From Eledone cirrhosa (lineage: Eukaryota): DNA of 64,000 nucleotides. Position numbers and translations under genes: made by a program. Shown here in pieces: positions 11,193 through 24,508 of this stretch. A model generated the notes under the pieces. It did no database searches. It saw only the letters and a list, made by a program, of their open reading frames with translations, and had not been told where the DNA came from. Every line of letters starts with the position of its first letter. The stretch's first letter is position 1. Location of the stretch: NCBI GenBank assembly GCA_964016885.1, contig OZ024743.1, forward strand, positions 26,970,001-27,034,000. The letters run 5' to 3'.

Positions 11193-13169
11193 ATACAAGG
11201 TTGGCAATTAATACACTTTTGTACTATATATCTGTTCTGTGACTTTATTTCTAATTAAAATACACTCTATTTCAATTAATTAAGAATAAAGAATTTTGAG
11301 AGATTTACAAAAATCTTTATCACATTACTAAAATTGTTCTTATTTCAATGGAAGATTTCAATTTAAATAGGAACCCTTTAAAATTGGCGGTTTTGTTTCA
11401 TTGGAACAAATACAGTTTTGTGTGGTTGGAATCAAAGGGGATATATGTATATTTAATATTCTATACATTTCTTATAAAAACAATATTTTATTTCTTATAC
11501 TTTAATCCAACACATGGAATTGTGGAGGCATCATTGAAACTCCACCCTTATATAATACATCTTGAGTAAAGCCATCAGATTGAACATATTTATTTCTGAA
11601 ATATACTATTGAAAGGGCAATGGATTTGTTTTGCAAGGTTTTTGATATGAAATCGTGTGTTGAAACAAATAATGTTATATTTGGGGAGGGTCATGTTGTT
11701 ATAATATTGCCAGAAATATATAAATCACACTTACTGTTTGGTTTGGGTTGGTTTTCGCTTCAGTATATTTTTTAATATTATATAGTAAGATGTGGTCTCT
11801 TGATTTGACATGATTAGCCTCATAATGTGACAATCCATCTAACCCATGCAAGCATAGAAAATACATTAACAGTGGTGAATCATTTAAAATTATCATGTAT
11901 AACCAGCAACACGCTACAAGAGTTTTAAGGCTGTTTTTCCAGTTAAAACAAGTGTTAACCTTGTAGGGCTCATGATTAACACCACATTCATCTTAAGGTC
12001 CTTGTTGAAGTGTTGATTTATTGTTGGAAGCCCTTCCTGGCACTAACACTTTTAGATACCTCTTATGACACATGCAGATATATGATGCACCTATTCTATA
12101 TCAGATACTTTCAAATAATTTAAAATTACAATACAACAAACAAATTTCATATAACAAACTTACTATCACCTGTAGTGTTTAATAACTGTACAATATTCTG
12201 GAGGTAAATAATTAAATGATTATTGACTAATAACAGATATTATTTCAGTTAGACCAACTGACTGCTCTTAGGAAGCCATTCATAATATTATTCAAGTTAT
12301 AGAAGTCAAATATTTCTGGCATTGTATCTTACATTCAGAGTATTATTTACTATATTCATTATATTATTCATCATTGCTAGGCTATTATGAACATCTATGC
12401 ATCACGATTTCTTCCCCATCCCAATATATTTCTCCTTCCTGCCTTTCTTAATATGTTTGTTCATTATAATCTAGTAATGTTCTCTAGAGCCAGTTATTTT
12501 CAATTACAGATAATGTATTGTTTACTGCAGTTAAGCTATTTTCCCTATAGTAAATGTTTTCTTCATTGCAATATGGCTGGTCTCATAAGTCTTACATCTC
12601 CGATTTATCGTTCATGACAATCATATATCTATAACAACCAATTTTTTTTTAAATCTTAGGTTTTCAATTTGTACCCAAAATCTATTTCAGCTCTATAACA
12701 GTAATTAACTCTCTATATAGCACAGGGAATCCCTTACATAACTAAAATCACTGGGACTCACAGATATCCTGTATCCTCTCTTCTTTACTATCACTGCTTC
12801 TACTCCATTGAACAAGCAGGTGGTCCTGGTTTTGTGAATTAGCACCTCTATCCTAATACATCTTATGTACACATCTTTCTTTTCTTCGCTATATGTATAT
12901 ACATACACACATATATATGCATGTGTGCATATATATATATATTATATCCCTCCACCCTGGGTTCTCCAAAGAACCAGGGATGTGTAAAAACAATGTTCAG
13001 AAGACCATCTGAAGAGACTGGATTGATACTATGGAACCAACACACTGCATAGTTTCAAACTCGTTAAAATATTTGTAATGGAAAATTTCCGAATAAATCA
13101 TTGTAAAACCCATTATGCATACCTATTCTTCACAATAAATATAGATATATATGGAGAAAGGAATTGTCC

Positions 13170-14100
13170 TAGATCAGTGGATGATCATCACAGTACCAAT
13201 TAAGGGAGATCTCTTCAACACCAACAACTACAGGGGCATCTCACTGATGTCACTTGAGGCAAAGACGCTCAACTAGATGATTCTTTATTGGGTCCAGCCC
13301 GAGATGGAGAAGAAGCTCAGGGACAACCAGAATGTTTTCAGAGAGGGAAAATCAACCACCAGTCACATCTTGATGCTGAGGATAATTCAAGAGGGGGATA
13401 GAGCAAAGCACCTTCCTGCTGTCATGGTTTTCATTGACTTCAGGAAGGGCTTTGATTCTGTGAACCACAACTGCCTGATTATGATCTTACAGGCTAATGG
13501 AATTTCCAAGAAGATAGTGGACCTGATATCACTGCCCTACACAAACACCAGAGCCAAAGTCATCACACCTGATGGGATGACAAGGTTCTTTGCGATATTG
13601 GCTGGAGTATTCCTGGGAAATACATTGGCTCCCTACTTTTCATCATTGCAGCAGACTATTGAATGAACCTTGCAATGGAGAGACACCACGACTTGGTCTG
13701 CACTGTAACACTGGTTCAGAGCAGGAGAGTTAAAGCTAAAAAGATATCAGATGCTGAATTTTCTGACAATGTAGCTCTGGTGACAAACACAGCAAAGGAA
13801 ACACAGGAGTTGATCCGAGAGGTGGAGACTGTGACGATGAGTGTTGGGCTGAGGATGAATGAGAGTAAGACAAAGTATCTGGTGGAGAACATCAACAAAC
13901 CAGAGAAGATTATGAATGTGGGTGGGAAGCTGCTAGAGTTGGTTGAAGACTTCCTGTGTCTGCGAGCAAAGATTAGGAACACAGAGGAAGATGTAGTGGA
14001 AAGGAAGAGCAAAGCCTGGGTCGTGTCTCACAGTTTGAGATTGGTGTGGAAGTCAGGCCTTCATAAAGACCAGAAGATCCATCTCTTTGTTGCTATAGTC
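13170..14100 (+). mobile_element. RTE-clade LINE RT fragment, decayed
   Basis: KGDL...NNYRGISLMS, NQNVFREGKSTTSHI, FIDFRKGFDSV, AGVFLGNTLAP, EFSDN (decayed FADD), GLRMNESKTKY. Confidence 0.8.
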
Positions 14101-15260
14101 TATTTTATCAACCTGGATGTTGACATCAGCCTGATTTAAACTCAGAATGTAAAGAGCTGGAACAAACACTGCAATAGCATTTTATTCAATACTCTACCTA
14201 TTCTGCCATTCCACTACACTATCTTGGGTTAAATATTAAAAATCAAATTTATTTACATATTAGAAGCTGACTAAGTATTGTTTGCTATAGCCAGACAGAG
14301 TTCATTATAAGAAGGACATTTTCCTTACAGTCAGACAATATTCACTATAGTTTGTCATTTTCCATATTTATTTAAACTAATATATCTCATATTACAATGA
14401 AGTATGTGTCCGTTACAGAATAGGGTAATATTTAATCTAATGAAACATGTTAATCATTGGATTTATTCAACTTACTGGTGCCAGTCTCACTTGAAGTAAT
14501 TCAGTAATAATTAGTACATAGTTCAGTGGTTAAGTAATCACCAGGTCTCGAGTTTGATCTCACTGTATAGCATCTTAAACAAATGTCATTACTATGGCCC
14601 TGTAAGTAACATTATGTAGATGAAAACTGTGTGGAAAATAATTGGATAAATTGAATCTGTGATTCAAAGCTTAAGCTTTGTCTCACATTGGGACATGAGA
14701 ATTACATTAAGAATACATGTTTGTGGAATACTCAACCACATATACATTAATGAGTCAGATGTTTAGCAGATTGAAAAACTGAATGTTCATAATCAAAAGT
14801 GATGGAGGATCTATCAGTAGAACTAATTAATGCCATGCCTACTGTTGATAAACCAAAGGATCCATAGGTCATCATGGTTGTGTTGTTATAAATTTATTTA
14901 AAGGTTCTTCTGTTACCACAATTATCTGAAATCTTCTGTTCCAACAATTTCATCATAAATTTGACACAGAAAGAAAATTTCTTAATGTAATTGAATCTTA
15001 TTACATTACTCTATTGTATTGGTCTTCCAGCCACTCAATTACTTTACAATGTCAGCCTGAATCAATGATGGGATCTTCAATGTGGTTGTTTGACCAAATA
15101 TAACTAACAGCCAAATATCTCTCAAAACACACTCTACTGTCTTAAAAGAAGGAAAGACACACTATATCTTAATAAAAGACGCAATTGCAATGGTTAAAAT
15201 TAGAACATATTTGATCATATGTCTACATAATCAGTGTTGACAAAAAAAAACAATAAAACC

Positions 15261-15445
15261 AGTGGATTGGCAGTATCGATAGAGGGCCGGACGCCATGCT
15301 TTCCAGCATAGTTACGTCCCTTTACGATCTGAGTTCAAATCCCGCTGAGGTTGACTTTGCCTTTCATCCTTACGGGGTCGATAAAATAAAGTACCAGTAA
15401 TGCACTGGGTAATTGCTGGCCTTGTGCCTAAAGTAGAAACAATTA
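15261..15445 (+). mobile_element. SINE family A
   Basis: Near-complete match to 7148-7332 and 40376-40562. Confidence 0.85.
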
Positions 15446-16184
15446 TCGTCATTACTGTTGTTATCATCTTTCTTCATCATCATTAACACCACCACCACCA
15501 CCACTATCACTACTTCCGTTGCCACCACCACCACTATTACCACTGCTACCACCACCACCATCACTGTCACCATCGCTGCCACTGCCCCCCCCCCCCTCCC
15601 CCCACCACTACTACCACTGCTACCACCACCACCATCACAAGCACTGGTACTGAAACCATTATTACATTGTCAGTATGAATTTTATCCACAACTATTCCAT
15701 TTCATTCTGCTTAGCTACTTAAGAATTTACACTACAGTTTGTTAGTTTTAGGGTTGCAACCGTTTCTCTAGAATGACTTAAGAGAATAAATAAATATTTT
15801 CTCTCCAACATTTTCTCATTTAATCATGTGTACTTTATTAATTATTTGTGTTTAGTATCTGCGATAAAATGAAGAGGTGGATATTGTTTTCAAAAGAGAA
15901 AAAACATCATAAAAGTGATTATCTGGAGACTACAATGAACGTTAAACCTGAACTACTCTATAAAATTCATTAAAACTATTCATGTGATACAAAATATGAT
16001 TAATATTTCCATTGACATGATTAAATGCTTCTACTCATGTTTACTCTAATACATACAAACATATATATATATATATATATTTATATATAATGGAAACTAT
16101 CTTGTGTCCCAGTACAGCCATTGCTTAGAATAAAACAAAACAAAACGAAACAACCCCAAATACATTGGCAAAAACATGTTATTG

Positions 16185-16950
16185 ATGTTGCTGTCATTGA
16201 TGCTGCTTTAGATGGCCCATCAAACCAAGAAGTGATTTACATGTCATACCACACAGTGTGCAAGTAAGTTTCTCACCTGCTTGAGTCTGATTGGCATGGC
16301 ATACATTGTGGTGCTGTGTTAGCCCACCTACAGAGTAACTCATTTTGGTACATATGCCACATGCAAAATAAAAGCATATGGAGTAGTCAAATGTGATCTT
16401 TCCATGGGTATGACGTCTGATACGGTATAGTAGCCCAGCCTTTGGCATACATACCCCCACGGAGAAGAGTCTCTTTCAAACTCCATTCTAGGAGCTAACT
16501 AATATCCCTCATATATTTAGCTGCTCGCTTTAGTTCAGCATAAACCCTCTGCTTCTTTTCAAACTGCTTAACACGGTGAGCAATCAGATTTCCCCACTGT
16601 GCTCACTCTGTTGCAAGATTTTCCCTTATTTTGGTGTTGATGCAGGGGTCTTTCAGGCATTCTTTAAAAGTTTGTGTGGCTTGCACTGCAGGCATTTGCC
16701 CTACAACAGTTCTGTATAATAATTTTGATAACTTTGATAGTTTTCGGCCAGTATTGACCCAGGCCATGTCTAACTTAATAGCACCACCTGGCAATACTTA
16801 TTTTGGAAGTCAGCTGTCCTCTAGACATACTACTATGTGACCTGACCAGCAAAGATGTTGTTCTGGAGAGAGTACTACCCAGGCAGACAATCTTATCCCC
16901 AGCTTTCAATATTTCCCCTTTCACAGATATAGATGGTGGAATATTTGGCT
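16185..16950 (-). mobile_element. RTE/BovB-like LINE 3' fragment with C2H2 zinc fingers, decayed
   Basis: KLLYRTV...FKECLK...ENLATE (RTE C-terminal pattern), then CGICTK...HHNVCH and CTLCGMTCKSLLGLMGHLKQH. Confidence 0.6.
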
Positions 16951-17359
16951 TTCCAGGTAAAATTTATTTATTTATTTTCAGGGACTTACAAAAGTATATA
17001 TACAGACCAAAGTCATAAAACCTTTAAAGTATCATATCCGAATGGAGATGATAACATGCAGAAGCTCCATCAGATATTGCACCAACCTGTTGTATGGTTA
17101 GGTTGTTGGTGACTAAACTTGCAACCCCACCAAGTTAGTTTGGTGAGAAGGTTGAGTTTTTGGACAACCTGCAGGAGGAAAAACAAAATCTGTCAAAGGG
17201 TGGAGGAACTCATAAGAGTTAACGCCAAGTTGCAAGTCATTCCAACCTCCGTTGGGTCATCAGTTTTTTCTATTGGCTTTGTCTGAAAAGTGGGCATGGT
17301 TCTGTGCAAGCCATGTCCACTATAATTAAATTCATGCACAGGAAGCTTTTAGACTCTGA

Positions 17360-17434
<75 letters not shown>

Positions 17435-17664
17435 TAGATAGATAGATATATTTCTTTATTTACCATAAAGGCATAAAAAGAAGGGACAAATACAAAGGGG
17501 GAGTTTACATACAATCGAGTAAAAAGTGTATAAAATGAAAATAATCGAAAATAACCTCAAAAGGGAGGGGACGTGATGGGGGTTGCACACACCCCCGAAA
17601 AAGTGTGCAATCCTTTGCCCAGGAGCACATGGAGAAGGTGCTCCCCTCTCCTTTACTTCTTTAC

Positions 17665-20600
17665 CTACAGGATGGTATACAGAGAAGGCCCATTTACACG
17701 AGCCATTCTCACCACTATCACCCACCTTTCATAAAACTGCCTGTGGCCAAGCACCTCTCTCTCCATTCTTATCCTTCTTCCGAAGTGATATCGGAAGAAG
17801 TAGACCAGACTATGGCCAGAGAGGAAGTTTCCTGACCTCAGACCTTTCAATCGTGTCCACCAAACAACTTCTTTCAGCATGGCTATTACGCACAGAAAAA
17901 CCGCTTTTGCTTCCTTTGTGAAGAGGGGAGGCGGTTTGATTGTCATCACGGACTCGGCGGTCAATTGAATCGGCGCCACCCGCGACAGCAGTCGTTCGGC
18001 GTAGCCCCACAGATCAGCCACGCCCGGACATTGCACCAATGCGTGCGCTACGGTTTCTTCGTGACGCACGCATCTAGGGCAAATCTTTTTTGAGGGATCC
18101 CTGCCCGGGCGCCCGTGTCTGTAGAGCCTCTCTCGAATGGGTAGAGCCCCCCGGTAGCACTGCCAGGCTAGTGACTTCTGGAAGTTGTCCATTGGTCCCG
18201 GGCCGAAAGTCCTACCGAACAGGCTGGCCAGTTCGTCCTCTTCCATGTCCAGCGACTCTCCAAGGGTGTCATCGCCCCTGCTAGCCACCAGCCCTCTATA
18301 GAATGATGAGGTGGATTCTCCACCGACGGCCTGGCCCGCTTGCCAGAGAGCCCTGAGCGCCTGAGCACACTCAGTGTGCCAGTCTCCCAGTTTTCCGGAT
18401 CTTTGCTTGACCCAGGACTGCAGCTCGGTGAGCGAGACGAGTCTCGGAAAGGCTCGTTTCACGAACGGAGCCCACACCGGTTGACCAGTGAGGAATACCT
18501 GTAGGTGCCGTAGCCTTAATGCGTGCCTACGCATCATCAACCACGGCATCCCCAGCCCTCCTTTCGAAGGTTGTTGGCAGCAGATGGATCTTCTCACCAT
18601 AGGAGGGCGCTTCTTCCAAAGAAATTGGAAGAGCATGCGTTCCATGGTGGTGAGTGTTTCCTTAGGGCAAGGCACGACAGTCAGGCGGTAGTAAGTGACG
18701 GACGCTATGTAAATGTTCGCCACCTCCGCCCGCCCTTTTAGGGACAGCTTACACTTGGCCCATTTCTGGGTTAGTGCAAACACCTTGTTCGTAAACTCGT
18801 TCCAGTTCTTTTCCACCTGGAGGTCCGGTCTAAACCAGACCCCAAGCAACTTTACCGGGCCCTCCGTCCAGTGTCCGACGACACCGTCGGGAGGCATCGG
18901 TCTGCCTCTCCACGTTCCGAGTTGCAGCCCGATGGATTTTTCCCGGTTCAGTTTCGCTCCTGACAACCTTTCGTAATCCTCCAGTAAGGTACCGATCGCC
19001 TCGATCTCCGAGTCGGTCGATACCATTACTGTTACGTCATCGGCGTAGGTCGACACCGCTTTGCTCAATCCTGGTTCCAGGGGGATACCCTGCAACAACT
19101 CCAACTTCCTCAGTAAAGGCTCGAGAGTCAATACGTACAGAAGGGAGGAGAGAGGGCACCCCTGTCGAATGGATCGTGTGATTTCGAACGGCTTCGAAGG
19201 GTAGCCGTTCACCTTGATCCTAGAACAGATGTGGTTGCTATGTAAGGCAGTGATCCAGCCTCTGAAAACAGGACCGAACCCAGCCGTCGCTAGCACCGCA
19301 TCCAGGTATCCATGGTCGACCCTATCGAAGGCCTTAGACTGATCCAAGTTGATCAGGGCCCCACCGAAGCAGGGTTTGTTGCCAACCCTCTCTATGATGT
19401 ATCGCATGAGGTGGAGGTTATCGTGAATGGACCTGGATGGGATAGCACATGTCTGCGCATCTCCCACCAGGCCACCCACGACAAGCGCCAACCTCTTTGC
19501 TAACACCTTGGCCAAAATCTTTAACTCTGTGTTTAGCAGGGTTATGGGCCGAAAATTATTTATACTATCTCCCTTGTTCTCGTCCTTCCTCACCAGCGTG
19601 ACTACGCCCTTGGCCACAGAACAAGGAATTCTCCCGTTCTGCTGCCAATTGCAGTAGACCGCTTCGAGGAGTTCGGAGAAGAAGACCGGCATTGCTAAAT
19701 AAAGTTCGTAAGGTATACCATCGAGACCTGGAGATTTGCGTCTGCTGCATTGGCTCAGCGCATCTCCGATCTCATCAGCCGAGATTGGTCCCTCGCATGA
19801 CTCTGCCTCTTCGCTCGAGAGACGCGGCAGGCCGTCGAGGTATGGACCGAAATCCACGCCCCCGCCCGGACCCTCGCCTCCCCGGAACAATCGGGCAAAG
19901 TGACTTTGAAAGGCCTCGCACATCTGCTTAGGCTCCCGGATCACCCGTCCATCTTCGTCTTGCAACGACCGGATGGTGGATCGATTTCCACTCTTAGCTT
20001 CTGTCACGCGGGCCCAGCCAACGGCTTTGGCCCCCTCGTTACCTAGAGCACGTATTTTACTTCGAATGACGCAGCCTTCGTGCTTTGCATCGAAAAACTG
20101 GTTCAAGGACGTCCTCGATGCCAGCACTCTGGCCACATCTTCTCTCTTGATTGCCTCTTCTAATTTACCTGTTAATTCTTTCTCGTTTTTATTCCTATCG
20201 GCAGCTAACATCTTGCAATAACTCATTGATTCTGTCCTAATCTCTCTTTTGAGAGATGCCCACCATCGGTTGTTGACGATTGCACCCGTCAACCTCTCCT
20301 TAACTAATCTGCTAATCCGGTTTCTGTAAGTCTCTTTTGCCGGTAAAGACAAATTAAGTTTCCAGTAACCGGGACCCTGTTTATGTGTTTTCTCGAGATT
20401 GACTACGCAGGTCACTAATTTGTGATCCGTGTAGCCAACCGTGCGCATTTCTGGACAGCTTAATATGTCCCTATCCTTACTTCTAACTAAGAATCTATCT
20501 AAGTACGATCTAGATTGACCACTGTGGTTTCTCCAAGTCCAGGTAGGCACAGTTGGAAAATCTAGTCGATATCTATCGACCAAGTTAAAACGGTCGAGTA

Positions 20601-21096
20601 ACCCCTTGAGGCTGTTACACCCCCCTCTATTAGGACATGCTCCTGCATAGTCCCAACGTGCATTTAGGATGTCATTCCAATCCCCCGCTAGAAGCAGGGA
20701 ACGCGACGTTCCCAGAAAAGTCTCCAAACGCTGGAAGAAGTCGGGCCGTTTAGCTCCGAAAGGGGAGTAGACGGCGACCAGTCTCAAGGCCGCACCTTCA
20801 CTACTGCCAACGTCTAGCACCAACAAACGACCCTCCGGGTCCGAGTGCACAAACTGTACGGCAAGACCCAGGTGTTTTTGCAGCAGTACGACAACCCAAC
20901 CCCCACCTCCAGGTTGACAGAGAGATGCATGCACCTCAAAGTCATCGAAGGTAGGGGCCAGCTGCCGCACGACGCTGATTCGAGTCTCACAGATAACCAT
21001 TACATTTATACCACATGACCTGAGGTCATTTAGAAGCTCTGCTTGCTTCCAAGTTGAGCCCAGGCCACGTGCATTCAAACATCCTACTCTTAACAC
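17665..21096 (-). CDS. ORF2 polyprotein: APE endonuclease, reverse transcriptase, CCHC zinc finger (1143 aa, no internal stop)
   Basis: LNARGL, ICET, VAVYSP, GDWN, SYLDR, TDH; KSPGLDG, FRPITLLN, SKAFDRV, RQGCPLS, TYADD; CPRC..HALVQC. No in-frame ATG at the start (ATT at the position homologous to copy A's ATG). Confidence 0.93.
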   Translation of the reverse strand: MLRVGCLNARGLGSTWKQAELLNDLRSCGINVMVICETRISVVRQLAPTFDDFEVHASLCQPGGGGWVVVLLQKHLGLAVQFVHSDPEGRLLVLDVGSSEGAALRLVAVYSPFGAKRPDFFQRLETFLGTSRSLLLAGDWNDILNARWDYAGACPNRGGCNSLKGLLDRFNLVDRYRLDFPTVPTWTWRNHSGQSRSYLDRFLVRSKDRDILSCPEMRTVGYTDHKLVTCVVNLEKTHKQGPGYWKLNLSLPAKETYRNRISRLVKERLTGAIVNNRWWASLKREIRTESMSYCKMLAADRNKNEKELTGKLEEAIKREDVARVLASRTSLNQFFDAKHEGCVIRSKIRALGNEGAKAVGWARVTEAKSGNRSTIRSLQDEDGRVIREPKQMCEAFQSHFARLFRGGEGPGGGVDFGPYLDGLPRLSSEEAESCEGPISADEIGDALSQCSRRKSPGLDGIPYELYLAMPVFFSELLEAVYCNWQQNGRIPCSVAKGVVTLVRKDENKGDSINNFRPITLLNTELKILAKVLAKRLALVVGGLVGDAQTCAIPSRSIHDNLHLMRYIIERVGNKPCFGGALINLDQSKAFDRVDHGYLDAVLATAGFGPVFRGWITALHSNHICSRIKVNGYPSKPFEITRSIRQGCPLSSLLYVLTLEPLLRKLELLQGIPLEPGLSKAVSTYADDVTVMVSTDSEIEAIGTLLEDYERLSGAKLNREKSIGLQLGTWRGRPMPPDGVVGHWTEGPVKLLGVWFRPDLQVEKNWNEFTNKVFALTQKWAKCKLSLKGRAEVANIYIASVTYYRLTVVPCPKETLTTMERMLFQFLWKKRPPMVRRSICCQQPSKGGLGMPWLMMRRHALRLRHLQVFLTGQPVWAPFVKRAFPRLVSLTELQSWVKQRSGKLGDWHTECAQALRALWQAGQAVGGESTSSFYRGLVASRGDDTLGESLDMEEDELASLFGRTFGPGPMDNFQKSLAWQCYRGALPIRERLYRHGRPGRDPSKKICPRCVRHEETVAHALVQCPGVADLWGYAERLLSRVAPIQLTAESVMTIKPPPLFTKEAKAVFLCVIAMLKEVVWWTRLKGLRSGNFLSGHSLVYFFRYHFGRRIRMEREVLGHRQFYERWVIVVRMARVNGPSLYTIL

Positions 21097-21135
21097 ATCA
21101 ATGTGGGCGGCAGAGCCAAAGGAGAGTGTAGAGAC

Positions 21136-22868
21136 CTACCTTTCCACTTCCCGGGGTTCGGGTGGCACGACTTCCATGGGGTCGGGGGTGTTGGGTGAAG
21201 GGGTGTCTTGTGGTGGTGTGGGGTCGTCAGTGTGTGGTGGGGTTGGGGTGTTTGGAGTTGTGTTGGGGAGGGGAAGGGGAGGGGGAAAGCTTTTTAGTAG
21301 GACGCGGTTTATGGGTTTGACAGAGGGTGGTCCTACGTCCTCCTTAAAATCCTTTTTTAGTTTTTGGTAGAGGTTCATTGGGATCTTTATTAATTTTAAT
21401 TGTGGGTAGTTTTCTGAAGAAACAAAGTTTACACCTTCGGTTTGTACCGAAGGATTATTGTATATGAGTTCATTTAATTTATTATTGTTTCTGTTGATGT
21501 AAGTATAGTGTAATGTCTTTTTTTCGGATGGTGTGAGTGTTTCGAAGAGGGGAGGGGCAGATTTGGTTTTGTTTGTTGCTGGAGGGGTGTTTTCTGTTTT
21601 GTTGGATTGTGTTGAGATTTGGGTGGGGGTTGTTTGGCCCTGTGTGTTTTGCACATGTTTTCTTTTTTTCCTTTTAATCTGTCTGAAGGACTCCGTTTCT
21701 TCCTCCGAATTCGTTGGGTTATCTTCAGTGTTGGAGGGAAGAGGTATGTTTGCTGGTAATGTTTCCGTGTTGGTTATCTTTGTGGGGGAGATGGATGTCA
21801 CTATGTTAGACTGTGTTGTGTGTTGTGTCTGCGGTGGTTGTGTTGTTTTATTGAGGGGTTGGGTGGGCCTGTATTTTGTTTTGGGGTAATGTGTTGTGAC
21901 TGTTTGTGTTGTGGTGGTGGTGTAGTTTTACTGAGGGACGGGTTGGGTGGGACTGAGTTTTGTTGTTTGTTTATCTGTTGTGGTGGTGGTGGTGGTGGAG
22001 CTGGTGTTGGTAGCAGGGTTTTCTTTTTGTTGAGTTGGGGACAAGCGGCCTTCAGGTGCCCTCTGCCTGCACAGATATGACCGGACGGCCTTCTCCCCTC
22101 CACGCTAATGTTTATATACCCGTGGCCCTCTAATAGGATTCTGTCGGGTATTTGGGCGATGCGTTCAGGCTTCATTTGCACTACCAGCTCTATACCTGTT
22201 CCACTGAACGCATTGCTTGTGGTTTTCCCAATGGAAATCACGTTGTCATTCACTGGATTGATGAAGCCAGCTATGAGCCAGCAGTAGTCCACATCTGGCA
22301 TCATTGCATCCAGCCATATGCGTTGAGTTCTTTTACCCATATAAGATGGATAAAAGGTAAAATTTTTCGAACGAATCGGTGACAAAGCACATCTTTTTGC
22401 CGCCGATTCGTTCTCCATAATAATTGCTAGGCTTCCATACAGTCTGTCTTTTCTTATGAAAGTGGTTTCATTAAGTACTTCTGTGAGTACTGTTTTGATA
22501 TCTGCCTGAGTTGGCTGTTCAGGTTTTTTTGAAGTGTTGTTGATGGTGCGGAACACGACCGTTCGACTTTCAATGTCTTTGGTGAGTTCTTGAGGCATTT
22601 TTACCGATAAAATACCATTCTCTCCTTCACTTATGTATTGTTTGGCGTCTGTGATTCTTCGTGCCACATCTGAAATATTTTCGGGTATATATGTCAAAGA
22701 TTTCTTTGTTGTTTGTGCAAATGAAATCTTGTTGACTCTGTCGTCTGCTTTGCTTTCTGTTATGGTGTTATTTTCAAATGTTATTTTTGTGTTTGTTGTG
22801 TCTTTGTTTGTGGTATTAGTATTGTCATGCAATTTTTCAAATTTTTTTTTTTCGTTGTTGGAATCCAT
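21136..22868 (-). pseudogene. ORF1 of Tx1 copy B (one frameshift; first Cys of the knuckle is Gly)
   Basis: ISFAQ motif; ISVEGRRPSGHICAGRGHLKAAC; ORFs 21801-22868 and 21136-21801 are in different frames. Confidence 0.8.
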
Positions 22869-23344
22869 GTCCAGATTTGTGTTTTCGTCATTTTTCTCCG
22901 CAGATTCGTCTGTTTTTATTTTATTTTTTCCTTCCTTCTCTATGACGTTAGTTGGGAAGGAAGGGGGGGGGGGACTAAAGAGTGCGAGCTTACAACTCTT
23001 ACCGCTGTCTCCCCACCACTATTTTCGTTCGCTTCGTTTAACATTTCCGTCAGACGATTGAAATTTTTTTGCCACAAAATTTTTTAAAACAGGTTTTTCA
23101 CCTCTAGGAGGGGTAAAGATGAGCTGACCCACCGCCTGACAGTTCAGACGGGGGGGGGGGGGGGGGTCAAGCTACACAATAGTATCAAAATTAAATTTGA
23201 ACTCACAAAATTTCCGCAATAAATTTGAACAAAACTTCTGCGCGAAGTGAATTACATCCACGCTGTAGAACAGACGACAGCTAGATTGTGAGAGTTAGAT
23301 AGATAGATAGATAGATAGATAGATACACACATATACATTTCATC

Positions 23345-23450
23345 ATCGCCAAGGTTAACTCTACCTTTCATTCTTACGGGGTCGATAAAATAAAGCACCA
23401 GTAATGCACTGTGATAATTGCTGGCCTTGTGCCAAAACTAGAAACAATTA
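23345..23450 (+). mobile_element. SINE family A, 3' fragment
   Basis: CCTTTCATTCTTACGGGGTCGATAAAATAAAGCACCAGT...GCCTTGTGCC. Confidence 0.75.
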
Positions 23451-24241
23451 TGATCATTTAATGTCCATTCTCCCTCTCCCTATTAGCAACAGTTGGATGT
23501 CAGCTATGTATATACACAGTGATATATTAGCATCTGCGTGGACACATATCTGTGATTTGATGAAAGCATTTGTGAAGGTTTTTAGAATAAGTTAATACTG
23601 CTTTAATAATCTGATTCTTTCAGGAAACGGAAGATATTTTATATTTCTTGCATTTATTAAATGTGACCTTTTGTAATGCTCTTTATCTTGTATTTCTTAA
23701 CCATTATTTTAAATGGAGCAATATTCCACTGAATTTACAAGTTTTACAAAAGACTATGGAAGTTAAAAAAATGAGAGAGAGTGAGAGAGGGAGGGAGTTA
23801 GACCGAGAGAGAGATTGAGTGTGTGTGAGAGAGAGAGAGAGAGAGATTAGCTACAATTAGATACAAGAAGATAAAATAAGAAAAGATAAATTGTGATTAA
23901 AGCAGAAGATAAGATATTGATTAATGCTCAGAATGAAACTCTACAGTAGCTGAATGTAATATTCTTTATTCTTTTATTGGTTTCAATCACAGAACTGTGG
24001 CTATGCTGCAGCTTCACTGCCTAGGGGTTTAGTTGATTATATTGACTCTGCCCTGGGAAAATGTTCTCTTTCCCACATGCACTCTTTTCTCCTCATCCCG
24101 AGCCCCAACTTCTTTTACTTCCTATATCTTTCCTTTTTCTCTTGTCACCTCACTTTCACTTCCTCAATATATATAATGTCTATTGAGTGTGTTTATTGAA
24201 AGTACATAAATCTAACATATTTAATGTTACATTTGTATATA

Positions 24242-24508
24242 TCATCATCATCATTTTACGTCTGCTTTTCCCTGCTTGCAAAGGTGGGACGGGAATGATT
24301 CTGGCTTGATTTCTACAGCTGGATGCCCTTCCTATCACCAACCTCATTTACAGTGAGTGCTGGGTGCTTTTTTTCTGTGGCACCTCCACGACCACTTTGC
24401 AGTAAATGATAGGGACCCCAGTCCTATCATCTCATTTCTACAGCTGAGTAAACTGGAGCAACGTGAAATAAAGTGTCTTGCTCAAGGAAACAACACATCA
24501 CCCGGTCT
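24242..24508 (-). mobile_element. SINE family B (RTE-type tail), head missing
   Basis: Reverse complement of the body and tail of 36025-36352; (ATG)n end. Confidence 0.85.

Larger units (their letters stand above)
17451..23296 (-). mobile_element. Tx1/L1-clade non-LTR retrotransposon, copy B, apparently full length
   Basis: 5' UTR, ORF1, ORF2, and a 3' UTR with AATAAA (TTTATT at 17455-17460). (AGAT)n on both flanks (about 17432-17448 and 23297-23324). Confidence 0.95.

Noticed and set aside
13007-13067. CTGAAGA...TTCAAACTCGTT hammerhead-like string
   Set aside because: The GAAA box lacks its G and stem I is unconvincing; at best a dead relic.
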